Under the pieces are notes generated by a model. The model ran no database searches, was not told the DNA's origin, and worked only from the letters and a program-made list of their open reading frames with translations. Positions 28,401 through 42,105 of a stretch of 64,000 nt of DNA are shown in pieces. The stretch spans positions 26,102,001-26,166,000 of the forward strand of contig OZ024746.1 in assembly GCA_964016885.1 (NCBI GenBank), read 5' to 3'. The position numbers and the translations under genes were made by a program. Each line of letters begins with the position of its first letter. Position 1 is the stretch's first letter. The stretch is from Eledone cirrhosa (Eukaryota).

Positions 28401-31400
28401 ATCAATACATATATTAGATGTCAGTACGTGTGTGTGTGTGTGTGTGTGTGTGTCTATAAATACAGTGAACACGTGTGTGTCTGTGGGTGGGTGTGAAAAT
28501 ACATGCATATCAGAGAACACGTGTGTAAGAGTCTCTGCATGTATGTACAAGTGAAATTCTTTTGTTTTTTATCATAGTTTATTTGTAAATAAACATCAAT
28601 TTCAAGTACTTTCGAAGTCGGCAGAGAAAAGAAAAGTGAAAAGTGATGATTGTCGAGAGTTGTCTGACAGTTAGTATGATAAACTATTTTGAAATGACTG
28701 CTGATGTTAAAGTAGGTGAACAGAGATGTACTCACTAATATTCCTGGGAGACAGAGATCACAGGAACAGGAAGCGAAGTCAATAATAGAACATTATCCGC
28801 GACTAAAGTAGTTTTGGAAGAGACGAGGTCGAAGATTTTAAAAGATAACTTTTTAGAAATCAATGCAAGAAATCAAAACAGAAGTCATAAAAAAAAAAAA
28901 AGATTGTATGGAACCAGTTTGAAGAGAGAAGTTGGGGGGGGGGGGGAGTAGACAGAAGCAGTGTAAGAAGAGAGGTTGGGGGAAAAGAGAGTGAATAGAA
29001 CCAGTGTAAAAGAATAAATGGATGGAATAAGTATGAAGAGAGAGGTTTCCAAAAGAGAGTGGACAGAATCAGTCTGAAGAGAGAAGTTGGAAAAAGAAAG
29101 TGGTTGGAAACATTGTGAAGAGGAGTAATTCTAAGGTGTTTTGGTCTCTCAGAAGGACTTTTCTGCCAACCTAACTCAATGCTCCACACGCTACACATAT
29201 GCACACTACTCTACACAGATACCTTATACATGACCTCATTTTTTTTTTCTATTACCAAATCTTACAATGCAATAAAGTATTTTCTTTCGATATGGATCAT
29301 GAATATTTGAAATACGTAGAGATTAGATACTGAACTATATAGATCTTTTATAACAGCACTAATGTATTAAGGGACATAGGGACATATAACCAGAAATAAA
29401 TTTAAAAAAAATGAAATTTATAGTTCTCATCTATACAATTTTAGTAGGCCTAAGAGGTTTCTTTGGTGTTTTACTGATATGAATCCCAGTTCTATCATGC
29501 TGTGAAAGCTCACAACTATGTAGGTTTGGTTGCTCTCTTACAAGGTTGCATCTCTTAGGAGGTTTCATGGGTGCTTTAATGATAGGGGCCTCAATCATAT
29601 GTTACAGCTCACACCTATGTAAGTTCAACTGACCACTAGGTCAGACACTGTCACATAGAGCCAGAACAGAGCCATGCTTGTTAGAGGCAAAGAAAGAAAC
29701 AAGCTTTATATACATTTAACATTTTTATTATTTTTCTGTTTGATTAGAGCAATGGATTGGCAGAATCAATAGAATGCCAGATAAAATGCTTTATGGTAGT
29801 TGTTCTGGCATTTTATCCTTTGAGATCAATTTTATCCATGGTTGATAAAATAAAGTACCAGTCAAATACTAAGGTCAATATAATAAGCTATTCCTTCCAC
29901 CTCAAAATTGCGGTTCTTTTACCTTAATTAGAAACTGTCATTAATACATTTTTGAGAAGAGGTTTCATATTTGAGAAAATTAAATATTGGAATTAGTTGT
30001 TTGGAAATATTTCTGATTTCTTCTGAGAGTCTTAGATTATCACAGTTTTGGTAGTTCCTATATTTTCAGAAAAATCTCTTTCTGGAGATTAAAGAAATGT
30101 AAATAGTGTTTATATTTCTTTAGTCACCAGAAGAAGTGTTTACACTTCTTTTTTTTTTTCTATCTAAAATTAATATAATTTCAGCTGGTTATTATTTTTT
30201 TTACTGATATTCATCTATATAAAGTGGTTGATTTATAAACTGAGACAATGTTGGGGTAGAGAAGATTATTTGGTCATGTCGAGGACTTGATAACCTCCCT
30301 AGTGCTGATGCTGCAATAAAATGTACCCAGTACACTTTGTAAAATGCTAATTTTGGTGCTATAATAAAATGCATCCAGTAAATTCTGTAAAGTGGTAGCG
30401 CTAGTGTCACTATAAAGTGCACCTAGTAAACTTTGTAAAGTATCAGTGATGTGATAAAATGCACCCAGTAGACTCAGTAAACTGATTGAAATTAGGGAGA
30501 GCATTCAGCTGTAGAAACCATACCAAAATATGCTATGTATGAATAAGACGTGGTTATCCTACCATATTTAGTCTCAGACTGTGATACCTTGTCTAACTAA
30601 GGGAGAACAGATGTAATATGATGATGAAATATACTTCATAACATGTCTATAGCATGTATATATCGTTCAACTACTCAGACTTCATAATAATAATAATTCA
30701 TATCGGAGATTCAAGTTGGTTTTATGTAAATATACAGAGCAACTAATAATCTACAAATTCAAAGTATATTGATCATAAGAGAAATTGCTGCAGTCTTCCT
30801 ATAATAGCAGACCATTGAGTATAATTTCTAAAGCCACAGGAAGATCCATTTTACTTCACTGGATGTTTTAGATGTTTTCACCGTTGAAAGCAGACATAAA
30901 TTATACAACGGTTTTATGTGGAAGAACATTGAAATATTGATATTTGCACACAAGTGGTGCTTGGTTATATAAAGTTAGCAGCTCTATCAAGGTTTAGAGC
31001 TGCTTATAAAACACATGTAGTAGTAGGTTTTCTTTTTGTTTTGATTTCTTTTTCTTTCTTTTTTTAGTTTTTCTTCTTTTTTTTTCCAGGATACTAACAT
31101 AATTCTGCTTGTTTGGTTACCAAGTCAGGCAAAACAGTCATAAAATTAATTCACTTGAATAAACTTGTTCTGTAGGAAGGGAATATGGTGAAAAGTTGAT
31201 TTCACTCAGACAAACAAACATAAGTCGTTCTTGTGTTTTACACACAAACTGAAACTTCTTTCTTTGACTATAACAACTGGAAGTAATGAGATGAGATATT
31301 TAGAAAAGCAACTATTTTTCAACAATATTAAATATTTTTAAACCAGTGAAAAATAAAATCAAAATTTGGGAAATTTACTCTATAGTTGTTGACAATGTTC

Positions 31401-32154
31401 TAGTATGAAGTTGCATCTAAATCCAAGTCAGTGGAGGGGTGAGGGTACTGTTAAATTAGTTTGTTAGTTAGGGAGAGAAAGAGGTATCCTCAAACTACAG
31501 ACCTGGCCCTGCAACAGAGTTGATTCTGCTAAAGGTAGCCAAGGACCTTGTATTAAACTCGGTGACAGATTAAGTCTATCACTTATGGATCAGGTGATGG
31601 TGTTAAACTGGGAAATGGGTTAAGTCTGCTCACCAAGGATTAGGTGGTGTTGGTGTCAAACTGAGCAACATATTAAGTCTACCACCCAAAGACCATAAAG
31701 TGATGTTAAACTAGGTGATAGACTGAGTCTACAATTTAGAGAAACCACAGTGAGATTTGAACCCAGAATGCTAAGAACCAAAACAAATATCACAAGGTCT
31801 CATGCCCAAACAATTCTGCTGCTCCACTGCTCTGAGCTGGTACTTTAATTCCTAAACCCTGAAAGGCAAATATTTATCTTGGGTGCTCTAATAATTTTCA
31901 AGGCAAGCCAACATACTTACAGCATTACTGTGAGTGATAGTGAAGCTAAACCTGTTGGAAAAACCAAGCACCCTCACCAAGTGCATCACCTGATACATCA
32001 ATAAAGCAAACTGCCAAAAATGACAAGAAATTTGTTGTCAGTGGCCCAGCTACTCCAAGCATCTTGATTAATAATTTTAGTAAATCCTACCAAATTCTTT
32101 CGCCAATTAATTGAAATAAAGTGTAGGTTATCAGAAATATGGGACAAAAAGGGG

Positions 32155-32348
32155 CACCATATTTACTTGAATATAAGCCAATATGAATATAAGTCGATCC
32201 CATTATTTTATGTCTGAGAAATGAGCAAAAATCGAAACCTTATTTACATAGAATTTGAAGTCAAAATATTGACCCTGAATATAAGTCAAATCTCTTCTAC
32301 CATCAATTTTTTGGTCACATATTCTTCAACTTTATCTGAGTATATATG
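32155..32348. mobile_element. pogo/Tigger-like MITE (decayed)
   Basis: ATATTTACTTGAATATAAG ... CTTTATCTGAGTATAT inverted ends; homolog at 60095-60295. Confidence 0.5.
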
Positions 32349-32689
32349 ATAAATCTATATATGTAAACATTTTGAAGAAATTCCAGTCAATACATCTAAA
32401 TCGTTCTATAGAATATGTCATGAAAAGTAACAACCAGCAGGTGAGGAAATATATGTAGAAGACTCTGCTCAATATCTCAGTTACCATAGAAAAAACACCA
32501 GTGGACAGAATTATGAATGCATTACCACAGCGGTGATGATATTGTGAAAAGTGATCATCATCATCTTCATTTAACATCTATCTTCCATGCTAGCATGGGT
32601 TAGATGGCGTGACATACATGTCAATGAAAATTGGGTGATTTGTATTAATTTTAGACAGTGTACCTATCCTGTAAAGTACATGACAACCT

Positions 32690-32990
32690 CACTTGTATTG
32701 GTGTCACAAAATGCACCCAGTAGTGTCAGGATAAAATGTACTCAATACTTGCTGTAAAGTCGAAGTGCTAGTGCCACAAAAAAGTGTACTTTGTATACTC
32801 TGTAAAGTAGTAGTGTTAGTGTTACGATAAAATGCATCCAGTACACTCTGTAAAGTAGAAGAGCTGGTGTCATGATAAAATGCATCCACTACACTCTGTA
32901 AAGTAACAGTGCTGTTGCCACAATAAAGTGCACCCAATATACTCTGTGAAGTAGTAGTGCTGATGCCACGATAAAATGTGTTGTATTAGA
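32690..32990 (+). repeat. ~45-bp tandem expansion inside a SINE/RTE-tail element
   Basis: Repeated ATAAAATGCACCCAGTACACTCTGTAAAGTAG..GTGCT; same phenomenon at 30300-30480 and (minus) 42430-42720. Confidence 0.75.
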
Positions 32991-33099
32991 AAGAGGATTC
33001 AGTTGTAAAAATAATGCCAAAAATGGAATGTAGTGTCTCTGACCATGACAACCCATCCAACCCATGCCTGCATGAAAAAGGAATATAAAATGATGATGA

Positions 33100-33880
33100 T
33101 GATCATCATCATCATCAACCTCATCTTCGTTTAATGTCCATTTTCCACGCTAGCATGGGTTAGACGGGAGTTGTCCCACTTGAGGCAACGTTGGTCGGGT
33201 GACCGTGTCTCGCTCATATAGGACTATCTGGCAGGTTTTCTATGGCTGGATGCCCTTCCTAACACCAACCACATTTACAGTGTGGAACTGGGAACTTTTT
33301 ACCGTGTTACCTACAAGGCCACATTACAGCGTGGACTGTCTGTTTTTTCTCGTGATACCTACACGATCTCAATCTCATTTATCTCATTTATTTGGACTGG
33401 ATGTTGTGGTACCAACTTTATAGAGATAGGGTGGTGTTGGTGGGAGTGGGAGGATAGGGTAGGGGCAGTGGATTGGGGTGTATATTTGGTTAAGAGGTGC
33501 CTACTGACTGTAGGTTTCGCTTTGTACATAGGCAAGGCGGGTATTCTGTATTACTGCGTAGTGCCAAAGATCTCGTTCCAGTGACATTGTCTTAGAGATG
33601 TGCAAGTGTGTAAGGTCGGAATTTATCAGATCATCCCAGGTTTTTCTGGGTCTACCTACTCCGTAACTACCATCAATTTTGATCGCCCTGCACTTTTTTA
33701 TACAGCTGTCGTCTTTCATGCGCATCACGTGGCCATACCAATGTAGTCTTCTCTCGAGTAAACAACATCTGATCCCTCTTATTCCTAATTTCTCACTTAG
33801 TTCATTTATGCTTTGCCGTTCACGTATATTACTATTACACATCCAACGGAGCATGCATGCTTCGTTCCTTTCCAGTCGGA
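33100..33880 (-). mobile_element. RTE-clade LINE 3' fragment
   Basis: ORF 33501-33854 MLRWMC...RRLHWYGHVMRM...GRPRKTWDD; (CAT)n tail. Confidence 0.88.
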
Positions 33881-33914
33881 TATTGAAATTTGAAGGATTT
33901 GGATAAAATTTTCA

Positions 33915-34310
33915 CCCTTCACCACCATCAGCCCATCACAATCACATCACCACCATTATTGCTATCACGCTCCCATCACACTCCCATCTCCATCAGCACT
34001 GTCACAATCACCATCATCATCGACATCATCACCTCCACCACCATCATTGACAATCACCACCACCACCATTGACATAATCACCACCACCACCATCATTGAC
34101 AATCACCACCACCACCACTACCATCATCATCACCACCAATACCAACACTCCATCTCCACCAACCTCATCCCAACCACCATCATCACAATTACTATCAACA
34201 TCATCCTATACCACATTAACAACAATCACCCACCTATCACCACCACCACCATCAAAACTGCCACCATCATCATCATCACCATCGCCATCATACTACATAA
34301 CCACCACCAA
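33915..34310. repeat. (CAC/CAT)n low-complexity tract
   Basis: Directly visible. Confidence 0.85.
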
Positions 34311-34797
34311 ACTTCTTAACCACACATCCATGTCTGTGACCACACAACCATAACTGATAAACAGATAAATAATTCTGACAAGCTAAGATTTGTTGTGAAT
34401 CTATTAACATTATAGGTGTGGGAGTAAACATTGGTAGACAGAAACTGTAAGGAAGCCTTTCATAAGTGTGTGTGTGTGCCCATGCCTATATTTATGTAGT
34501 TTGTTCATAACCCATAAGTTAGTGATTCAACAAAGAGATAAAAAAAAATATGTACCAGACCCGAAAAAATATGTACTAGGGTTGATATAGTTGACTAAAG
34601 ACCCTTCAAAGTAGTGCTCCAGCATGGCCACAGTCTAATGATGGAAACCAGTAAAAGAATGAAATAATAAGATATTAGTAAATATAGGATAGGACTGGTG
34701 CCCCCCCCCCCCCCCCAACCTTCCCTTAAAAACATAACAAGACCTCCTATGGGATGCAACTTCATAGAAGGCTGATGTAACAACAGCATTAATGACA

Positions 34798-34980
34798 CCA
34801 AACAACAACAACAACAAAAGGAGCAGCAGTACTGCCACCGCCAACGCTGCTAACAGCACCACCACTGCTAACAACAACGACAACAGCACCAGCAACAGCA
34901 ACAGCAGCAACAACAACAACAGCAACAACACCACCACCACCAACAACAACAAAACCACGACCAACAACAACACTATTAAC
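34798..34980. repeat. (CAA/CAG)n low-complexity tract
   Basis: Directly visible. Confidence 0.85.
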
Positions 34981-35266
34981 TAGTGTGTCAACAAGAACTC
35001 CATTCCAGAAAAGACATTTTAGACAATTAATATTCTCCTTTTCAAAGGGATTTATATGTTGTAGAAGTAAATTAGTTAATTAATGACATGTAACATTTCT
35101 TAATTAACCTCCTAATTAGTGGGTTTTTAATATAAATCTTACAATTAGTGAATTTCTGAAAAATTTAACAATCAATGATATTTTGAAATGAAAACTGAAA
35201 TTATTGTAAATGGACAATTGAGACAAACATATGTATGTATATGTATACACACATACACACATATAA

Positions 35267-35298
<32 letters not shown>

Positions 35299-35650
35299 AC
35301 GCACTTCCTTTTTGTATTTTTTTTGCAAGATTTCTTATGACACCTAATGCCAGCTTTGTGGGCTTGTAGGCATGGTAGAGGGGGTGGGAGTTGTCAAGTA
35401 TTGGCAGAGATTGTATCTGTCCAGGTCCAGAGAATACCATTAATTAATTACACCCAGTGCTTCTCTGATCAAAGTGTATTAATTTATTGGATGTCGTCAG
35501 ACAAGTCAGTCTACTGTGACAGTATTTAAAGAAGAACCAAGCTATGTAAAATTTAAAAACAGAAAAAATTAGGAAAAATAGAAAAAAAAATAAAATGAAA
35601 TAAATAGTGACTAGAATAGAATAGGGCTTTTAAAAAAAATTATAAGAAGA

Positions 35651-35766
35651 ATTATAAGATTATGGAATTTTCAAAAACAATAAAGTTTACTAGAACTTAC
35701 CAACAGTATCTGGTAGTAAGTTCCAGTTAATTTTATTGTTTTTTGAAAACTCCATAATCTTACAAT
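35651..35766. repeat. ~50-bp-arm inverted repeat (MITE-like hairpin)
   Basis: ATTATAAGATTATGGAATTTTCAAAAACAATAAA..CTAGAACTTAC versus GTAAGTTCCAG..TTTATTGTTTTTTGAAAACTCCATAATCTTACAAT. Confidence 0.75.
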
Positions 35767-35886
35767 GTACCTGGTATGATGTTGTTGTAATAACTTGCCT
35801 TCCTTAAGAATTACATTCACGCTTGCCCCATGGACTTGAGTTGCTCTATACCTTGGATATCTTTACCTACCTATTACTACAACAAA

Positions 35887-35928
<42 letters not shown>

Positions 35929-36294
35929 CTCTCTCTCTAAAGTGATTGACATTAGAAAAGGTGTGCAGCTGTAGAAACCATGCCAAAATGGAACAGGACC
36001 TATGAGCAAAATGTGGTTATCTGTGTAGTCTGGGAATGTGACAACCAGTCCCAACCGTGTCAGCATAGAAAACAGACACAAGATAATGATGTTCTATATT
36101 GGCAGTATTAGTAGAGGGTCAGTCACCATGCTTTGCAGCATAGAGTTACGGCCCTTTACGGTTTGAGTTCAAATCCCGCCGAGGTTAACTTTGCTTTTCA
36201 TCCTTACGGGGTTGATAAAATAAAGTACCAGTAATGCACTGGGGTAATTGCTGGCCTTGTGCCAAAAGTAGAAACAGTTATATATTTATATATA

Positions 36295-36590
36295 TATATA
36301 TGTGTGAGTGCCAGGTTCAATCGGGGGTAACCACAGTAAGTAAGATACTCAATACATTAGCAGAGTATATACAACAAAATTTAATATAGAAATGGCTTCT
36401 ACAGGACTAGAACTGTTTTATATATATATATATATATATATAACAACATTTAATATAGATTTCCTTCGAATAAAACAGTTCTGTAGAAGCCATTTCTATA
36501 TTAAATTTTGTTGTATATACTCTGCTAATGTATTGAGTATCTTACTTACTGTGGTTACCCCCGATTGAACCTGGCACTCACACATATATG
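36295..36590. mobile_element. Fold-back element (family C) with degenerate hammerhead 3' half
   Basis: 36295-36421 is the reverse complement of 36470-36588 apart from a 7-bp indel; homologous to 58830-59021. Confidence 0.8.
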
Positions 36591-36598
36591 TATATAAA

Positions 36599-36652
36599 TA
36601 TAGGAGAAAGTATCACCCCGACGGCAGAGCTCAAGCCGTTTCGACGGCTATT
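36599..36652 (-). ncRNA. Hammerhead 3' half (family D)
   Basis: Minus strand: TAGCCGTC-GAAAC-GGC-TTGAGCTCT-GCC-GTC-GGGG; homologs at 19190-19245 and 46855-46980; CUGANGA half not found. Confidence 0.5.
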
Positions 36653-38747
36653 ATAACTTTCTGCCTTAATGCCTCTTTAATTATTATACTATTCTCTTGT
36701 AATCTCTGTCGCATCCATTCCACTCTGTAAATATGAAACTGTTGATGACAACATTAATATCCATGTATCTATATGATTGTTCAGTTGAATAGGAAGTTAA
36801 TTATATGTCCCAACTTTGCTAGTGTTCGAAGAAACGATTGTCAGCAATAAAATGTTTTGAACATAGTTTTGATTATTGTGTAATTTATATTCCTGCTCTG
36901 TAAAGCATCTGATGTATTTACATTGAGCTATTTTTCTTACTGGTAATAAGGTAGTAATGAATTACTGACCTTTCCTGTTTATAGTTGTATATAGTGTATA
37001 TATAACTATAAATAATATTATTATATATAATATATATATAATAATATATTATATATATATATATAATATATATATAAACATATTTGTGCATGTGTATAAT
37101 GTATATATGTAGTAGATGGGTGTGTGTGTGTGTGGAGGAGGGGGTAAAATATCTGTAGGGCATGATAAACAGTTGTTAATTACAAATCTGAAAGGAATGA
37201 TTTGAAAACAATTCTAGTGCAAAATATAATCTAAACTGTTTACTGTCTTGAAACATAATTAATCACATTGTTTTCTGTTCCTAACAACACAACACAACAC
37301 AATACAATACAAGAATGCAAGAACACAGGAATCACAGATGCATTGAGTCAAATATTTTTAATGGAAAAGAAACAATGTATGTATAATTTTGATGCTTTAA
37401 ACTATCTTACAATACATATACATATGTGTGTATGTATGTATGTATGCATATGTGCATATAAATAATCCTTGCTAGAAGGAAAAGTGGATGTTAAAAAGGC
37501 TATGAGTTACAACAGTGGCATATGTAGATGCTTAAGAATTGTCAAGCTCAAAATAGTCATAGGCAATAGTATGACCACAGAGTAAAGTTAAGAACAGAAA
37601 GACCATTTCTATAAGGACCTCTTAGGTATGATTTCTATAACTGATGACAGAGACATTATTCTTCTGGGCAACTTCAATGGGAATGTTGGGCAACACCAAG
37701 ATGGCTATGCTGGATTGAACAGTGGTAATGGATATGGCTTGAGAAATGAGGAAAGATCAAGGTTTCTAGAATTCAGTGATGCAAATGTTCTAACTATATG
37801 CAACACTAACTTCCAGAAATTAATGAACCACATGATTACCAACTAGTCAGGTGAGCATGCAAGCCAGGTTGACTTCATGTTTGTTAAAAAAGAGGATAGA
37901 CAAATAGTTATGAATACTAAGTCATTCCCCAGAGAAGAATGCCCCTTCCAACACAAACTAGGTATTAGTGACATCAAAATAAGAACCAGAAGGAAACAGA
38001 AATGCAGGACAGCCTGAAACAGTATAGGTTTTAAAAGGCTCTACCTGACAAGTACAATGAGAGGGGGAGAAGATAGATACATATGGCATAGAAGGCAATA
38101 AGTTTTTATGTAAAAACCTGCTTTAGAGAAGTGATAAGAGCTGTGGCTGGAGCAAAGTACCAGCCAGACGAAAGGTGGCAGCTGATGAAACAGTACATAG
38201 AGCCATTAAGGCTAAGAGGTAGGCACAGAAAGACTGAAAAACTGGAGAAAGCAAAGAGCAATATTAAGTAGTTAAAACAGAAGCTATACAATATGTTTAC
38301 ATAGCACATAGAGAATCAGAAAACAAGAGGGTTTCCAATGTGCTGTGATATGAGGATTAGAAGTACGAGATGTTCTGCATTGCATAGCAATGTGTCAGTG
38401 GGAATCAGAATGTTGTTATTAGTTCATTTAACCATACAGAAGAAAGAGTCATGGAAATGCTACTATGAGAGGTTGATAAATGTGGAGAATGGGTGGAAGG
38501 AGCAGAGATTAGTCTCAGAAGACTCAATAGAAGGGCTAGCTATCGGAATTGACAGTTATAAGTCAAAGAGGCTATCAGGGAGGTGAAAATAGTAAAGCCA
38601 CTGGACCATCAAAGAAAGTCACTGAGATACTGAAATTAGAAGTTTCACTTGCATAGTCAATCAGGTAATACAAGATGATGTCATACCCAAGGACTGTGTA
38701 GCAGTATAATAATTTATTTCTACAAGGGAAAAGGCGATGCTCTAGAA

Positions 38748-39429
38748 CAAAGGTTCTCAACGGGGGGCATATGCACCCCCGGGGGGGGGGGGCGTTTCGG
38801 AACTCCAGGGGGGCGTTTGGGAGCAAGGTCGCGTTAGGGGGGGGGGGGGGGGGCGCTGGAAGGCTCTTTATTTTGGTAAGTTTTATAAGCCATATTTGTA
38901 TGTCTTTGAGACAGCCAGTGTGAATGCATTTGAATGAGCTTGCAGACAGCATAACTATAGTCTAACCGCAGCTGTGAGCAGGTGTGCAGGCATGTCCGGT
39001 AATTGAGATCCTAAAAATGGAAAAACCCACAGTCAACTGGGTCAAAGACACTTTGGGCGCAGCCAGTTAGAATCTTATCTTTCCTTCACTGATAACAATG
39101 TATTTCATGTCTGAAATTATTGACTCAACCACAACGAGTTAACACTATGTAGATCTATTTTATTCTCTATTGTATAATTAATATTACAAATAAAAAAAAA
39201 AGAAAAGAAAAAACAGAAGCGAGTAGCACACACATCTAGGACCACATACAACACAATCAGATAATACACACATCTTTGGAATATTGTTAATCAATTTTTT
39301 AGTAATCTACTGATATAAAAATCAGTAGTATATTGAAAAATGGAAAAATGGGGGGGGGGGGGGGGGGCGTTTCGTCATTTCGAGGGACAAAAGGGGGTTT
39401 GGCCGGCCTAAATGGGTTGAGAATCTGTG
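38748..39429. mobile_element. Non-autonomous hAT (Charlie/Buster-type) transposon
   Basis: TIRs CAAAGGTTCTCAAC / GTTGAGAATCTGTG; perfect 8-bp TSD CTCTAGAA at 38740-38747 and 39430-39437. Confidence 0.88.
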
Positions 39430-39677
39430 CTCTAGAATACAACATCTGCAGAGATGATTGACAAATGAATCAAGTTCTGAAAGTGATAAAAATAATGTTG
39501 GCACAATTAATTAGGAATAAAGTCAAATTAGATGGCTTCATGTCAGGAAGGAACACTAAAAATGTCTGCTTGTTAGTAAGACAGCTACAAGAGAAGTTTC
39601 AAGCTATGTGTAAGTCACAATACCTAGCTTTCATAGATCTGGAGATGCCTTTGACACAACCGGTTATTTGGTGGTCT

Positions 39678-39906
39678 TTAACTCTTTATCCTTTACATTA
39701 CTCTATATTTACTATTGTAATTTCATGGTAAATACTTTATTTCACATAATTATCTCAAATAATATCGAATCTATGAGATTTTGATATTATTTATTTTGAG
39801 AACAATACCTTAACATCTGTATGAGTGGCCAGTTATGGCCAGTTTGAACAGAAAGAGGTGAGAGAATTCTGGCCAGATATGGCTGGTTTAAATGCTAAAC
39901 GGTTAA
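39678..39906 (+). mobile_element. TTAA-flanked piggyBac-like MITE inserted in LINE RT
   Basis: Homolog of 21235-21458; the LINE frame (VIWWSL|RTLGV) resumes across the TTAA. Confidence 0.8.
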
Positions 39907-41714
39907 GGACACTGGGTGTAAATGAATAGCTCATGAGAGCAGTGCAAGCCATGTACAGAGGTGTTGTCAGTAAAGTGAGGTAGACTGAAGAAAACCTACA
40001 TTGAAGTGAATAGAGCCAATCTCAAAATGCTCATCCTCAAAGAGATGACAAAGGAGTATGAGTGGAGGAAGGTTCTACTCAAGAGGACCCATCAAACACT
40101 TGCAAGCATGGAAAAGCATACATGATGACGGTGATGACAATGATGACATATACATGCATATATATATAACATTAAATTAAAAATCGCTTGACATATATAT
40201 ATATGTATAGATATATATATAATAAACACATCAAACAATCACAGGGTATAATTTGTTAAGAGTGTAAACACACATAGTTATGTAGGTAACATATTAAAAA
40301 TTAACAAGAACCTCGAATACAGATACCTTGCAATAATGATTAATCTCCTTTGCATATATTTCATTAAAGAAACATATTTCACCATTAAACGGCAAATCAC
40401 AGATGTTAAATCCTGGATCATCGGCAAAGGTGGAGATTTAACTAAACGCAAACCTGGAAATGACGAAAAGCACTTGTGGTTTTTTTTAAAAATACACATT
40501 GCCCCGCCGTCAACCCAGTGACGTGAATAGGATTATCGACAGCTAGAAATAGCAACTGAGTCCTATCAACAGAGAAAAGTTCTATTTAGGAGCAGTATAT
40601 ATAACCAAAATTAAATCTTTGAGCTTATTCTATAGGTGGTATGCAACATGTTTCTCAGACATGACATCCTTAATTTAATTTTGGTTATATATATATACAC
40701 ACATGCACAAATATAAGTACCTGTATTTAGCATAGTACGTACAGCCACTCAATAACACTGGATATCAATTAGATTTCTCACTAATATAACTGGCATTCCT
40801 CAACCATTAGCCATACCACTGTCACTTGAACCAACACTGTCTCTCTACTCTAGATAAATGATGTGCTTTTCTTCTTGAATATTAAGATTTAAAAAGTATG
40901 ATTAACATTACCAGCAATAATATTTTGTTTTAACTTTTGGCACATCATGAAGTAGACATACAAGATATTTGAAGAACTTCATTGTAAGTTTTATGTTAAA
41001 AATTTGATTTAGCATTTGAGTAAGTATGCTCTCCCCTATCACCAATTCAATGAAAATTCTTTATTATTGCAGCCTAAAGTTGTTTAGATGATTAATCAGA
41101 CCATAAATATCTACCTTATGAGAAATATGAAAGAATATCACAGAAATTAATCATGTACATTTTCTAGACCAACGGCTGTCTCTATGGTAGATGTATAAGT
41201 TGGAAATTGTATAAAAGAAAAGATTAGAAATCTCTTCAAGCTACCAGTTACCTTGTGGTTTCTTGGCATTATTTGTTTAAAAAACAAAACCAAAAAAAAC
41301 TTTTCACCAATTTTTTTTTTATGATGGAGAAAAGATCTTATCTAAGCTTGTGGACAATTTGTTTCACTGGTTGTGTTACGATTACAATGGATGGGTATAA
41401 ACATTAACTTGGTTATATAGCGCAGACTTTAAAAAGAAATTATGATTTAAAAATGAAATTTCCTTGATAGAAAAGAGAAAAAAAAACTGTGTTTAATAAT
41501 TAAAGTTGAAAATTCAGTCACATTATTTTTCCCCATCTTTCAACTATTTTAAACAAAGCAAGCAAGCAGAAGGTTAAGATATGGAAATAAATATTTTTTG
41601 TTGGTTTATTCATAATCATCAGCCTGTCCAAATATTTTTAGCTGTATACATGTCAATGAGAGTGCCTCTATGTGGATCCCTTAACCTGTTAGAAATAGCA
41701 ACTAAATTTCCTTC

Positions 41715-42105
41715 AGATAGCATGAGGTTGTATCTCATAGGAGGTTTCTTGGGTGTTTTAATGATAAGCAACCTTGTCCTATATGTTGTTGTTACAGCTT
41801 ACACCTTTGTAGGTTTAGCTGACCTCCTACAAAGTTGCGTTTCATAAGAGGTTTCTTGGTTATTTTAATGATAGCCCACCGCAGTCTTATCAATCTGTTG
41901 TTATTACAGCTCACATTTATGTAGGTTTAGCTGGTTTCACGAGAGCACATCTCATAAGAGGTTTCTCAGGTGTTTTAATGATAGAAACCCCAGTTCTATC
42001 ATGTTGTTACAGTACACAACTATATTGCTTTAGCTGGTGTTCTAAGAGGTTATGTGTCAAAAGAGGTTTCACCAGTATTTTAATGATAGAGGACCCAGTC
42101 CTGTC
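41715..42105. repeat. Degenerate ~95-bp tandem repeat (4 units)
   Basis: Repeated AAGAGGTTTC..GGTGTTTTAATGATAG...TTACAGCTCACA..TATGTAGGTTTAGCTG; 2 related units at 29445-29635. Confidence 0.75.

Larger units (their letters stand above)
37560..40145 (+). pseudogene. Old decayed RTE-clade LINE (AP endonuclease and RT remnants) interrupted by two DNA transposons
   Basis: ILLGNFNGNVG...GYGLRNEE..RFLEF....LTICNTNFQK (EN); YKGKGDAL; GFMSGRNT..LVRQLQEKF..LAFIDLE (RT); 3' stem and (GAT)-like tail near 40090-40145. Confidence 0.8.

Noticed and set aside
33890-34983. Poly-His/Thr and poly-Asn/Gln ORFs
   Set aside because: Trinucleotide low-complexity DNA with no splice or domain support.
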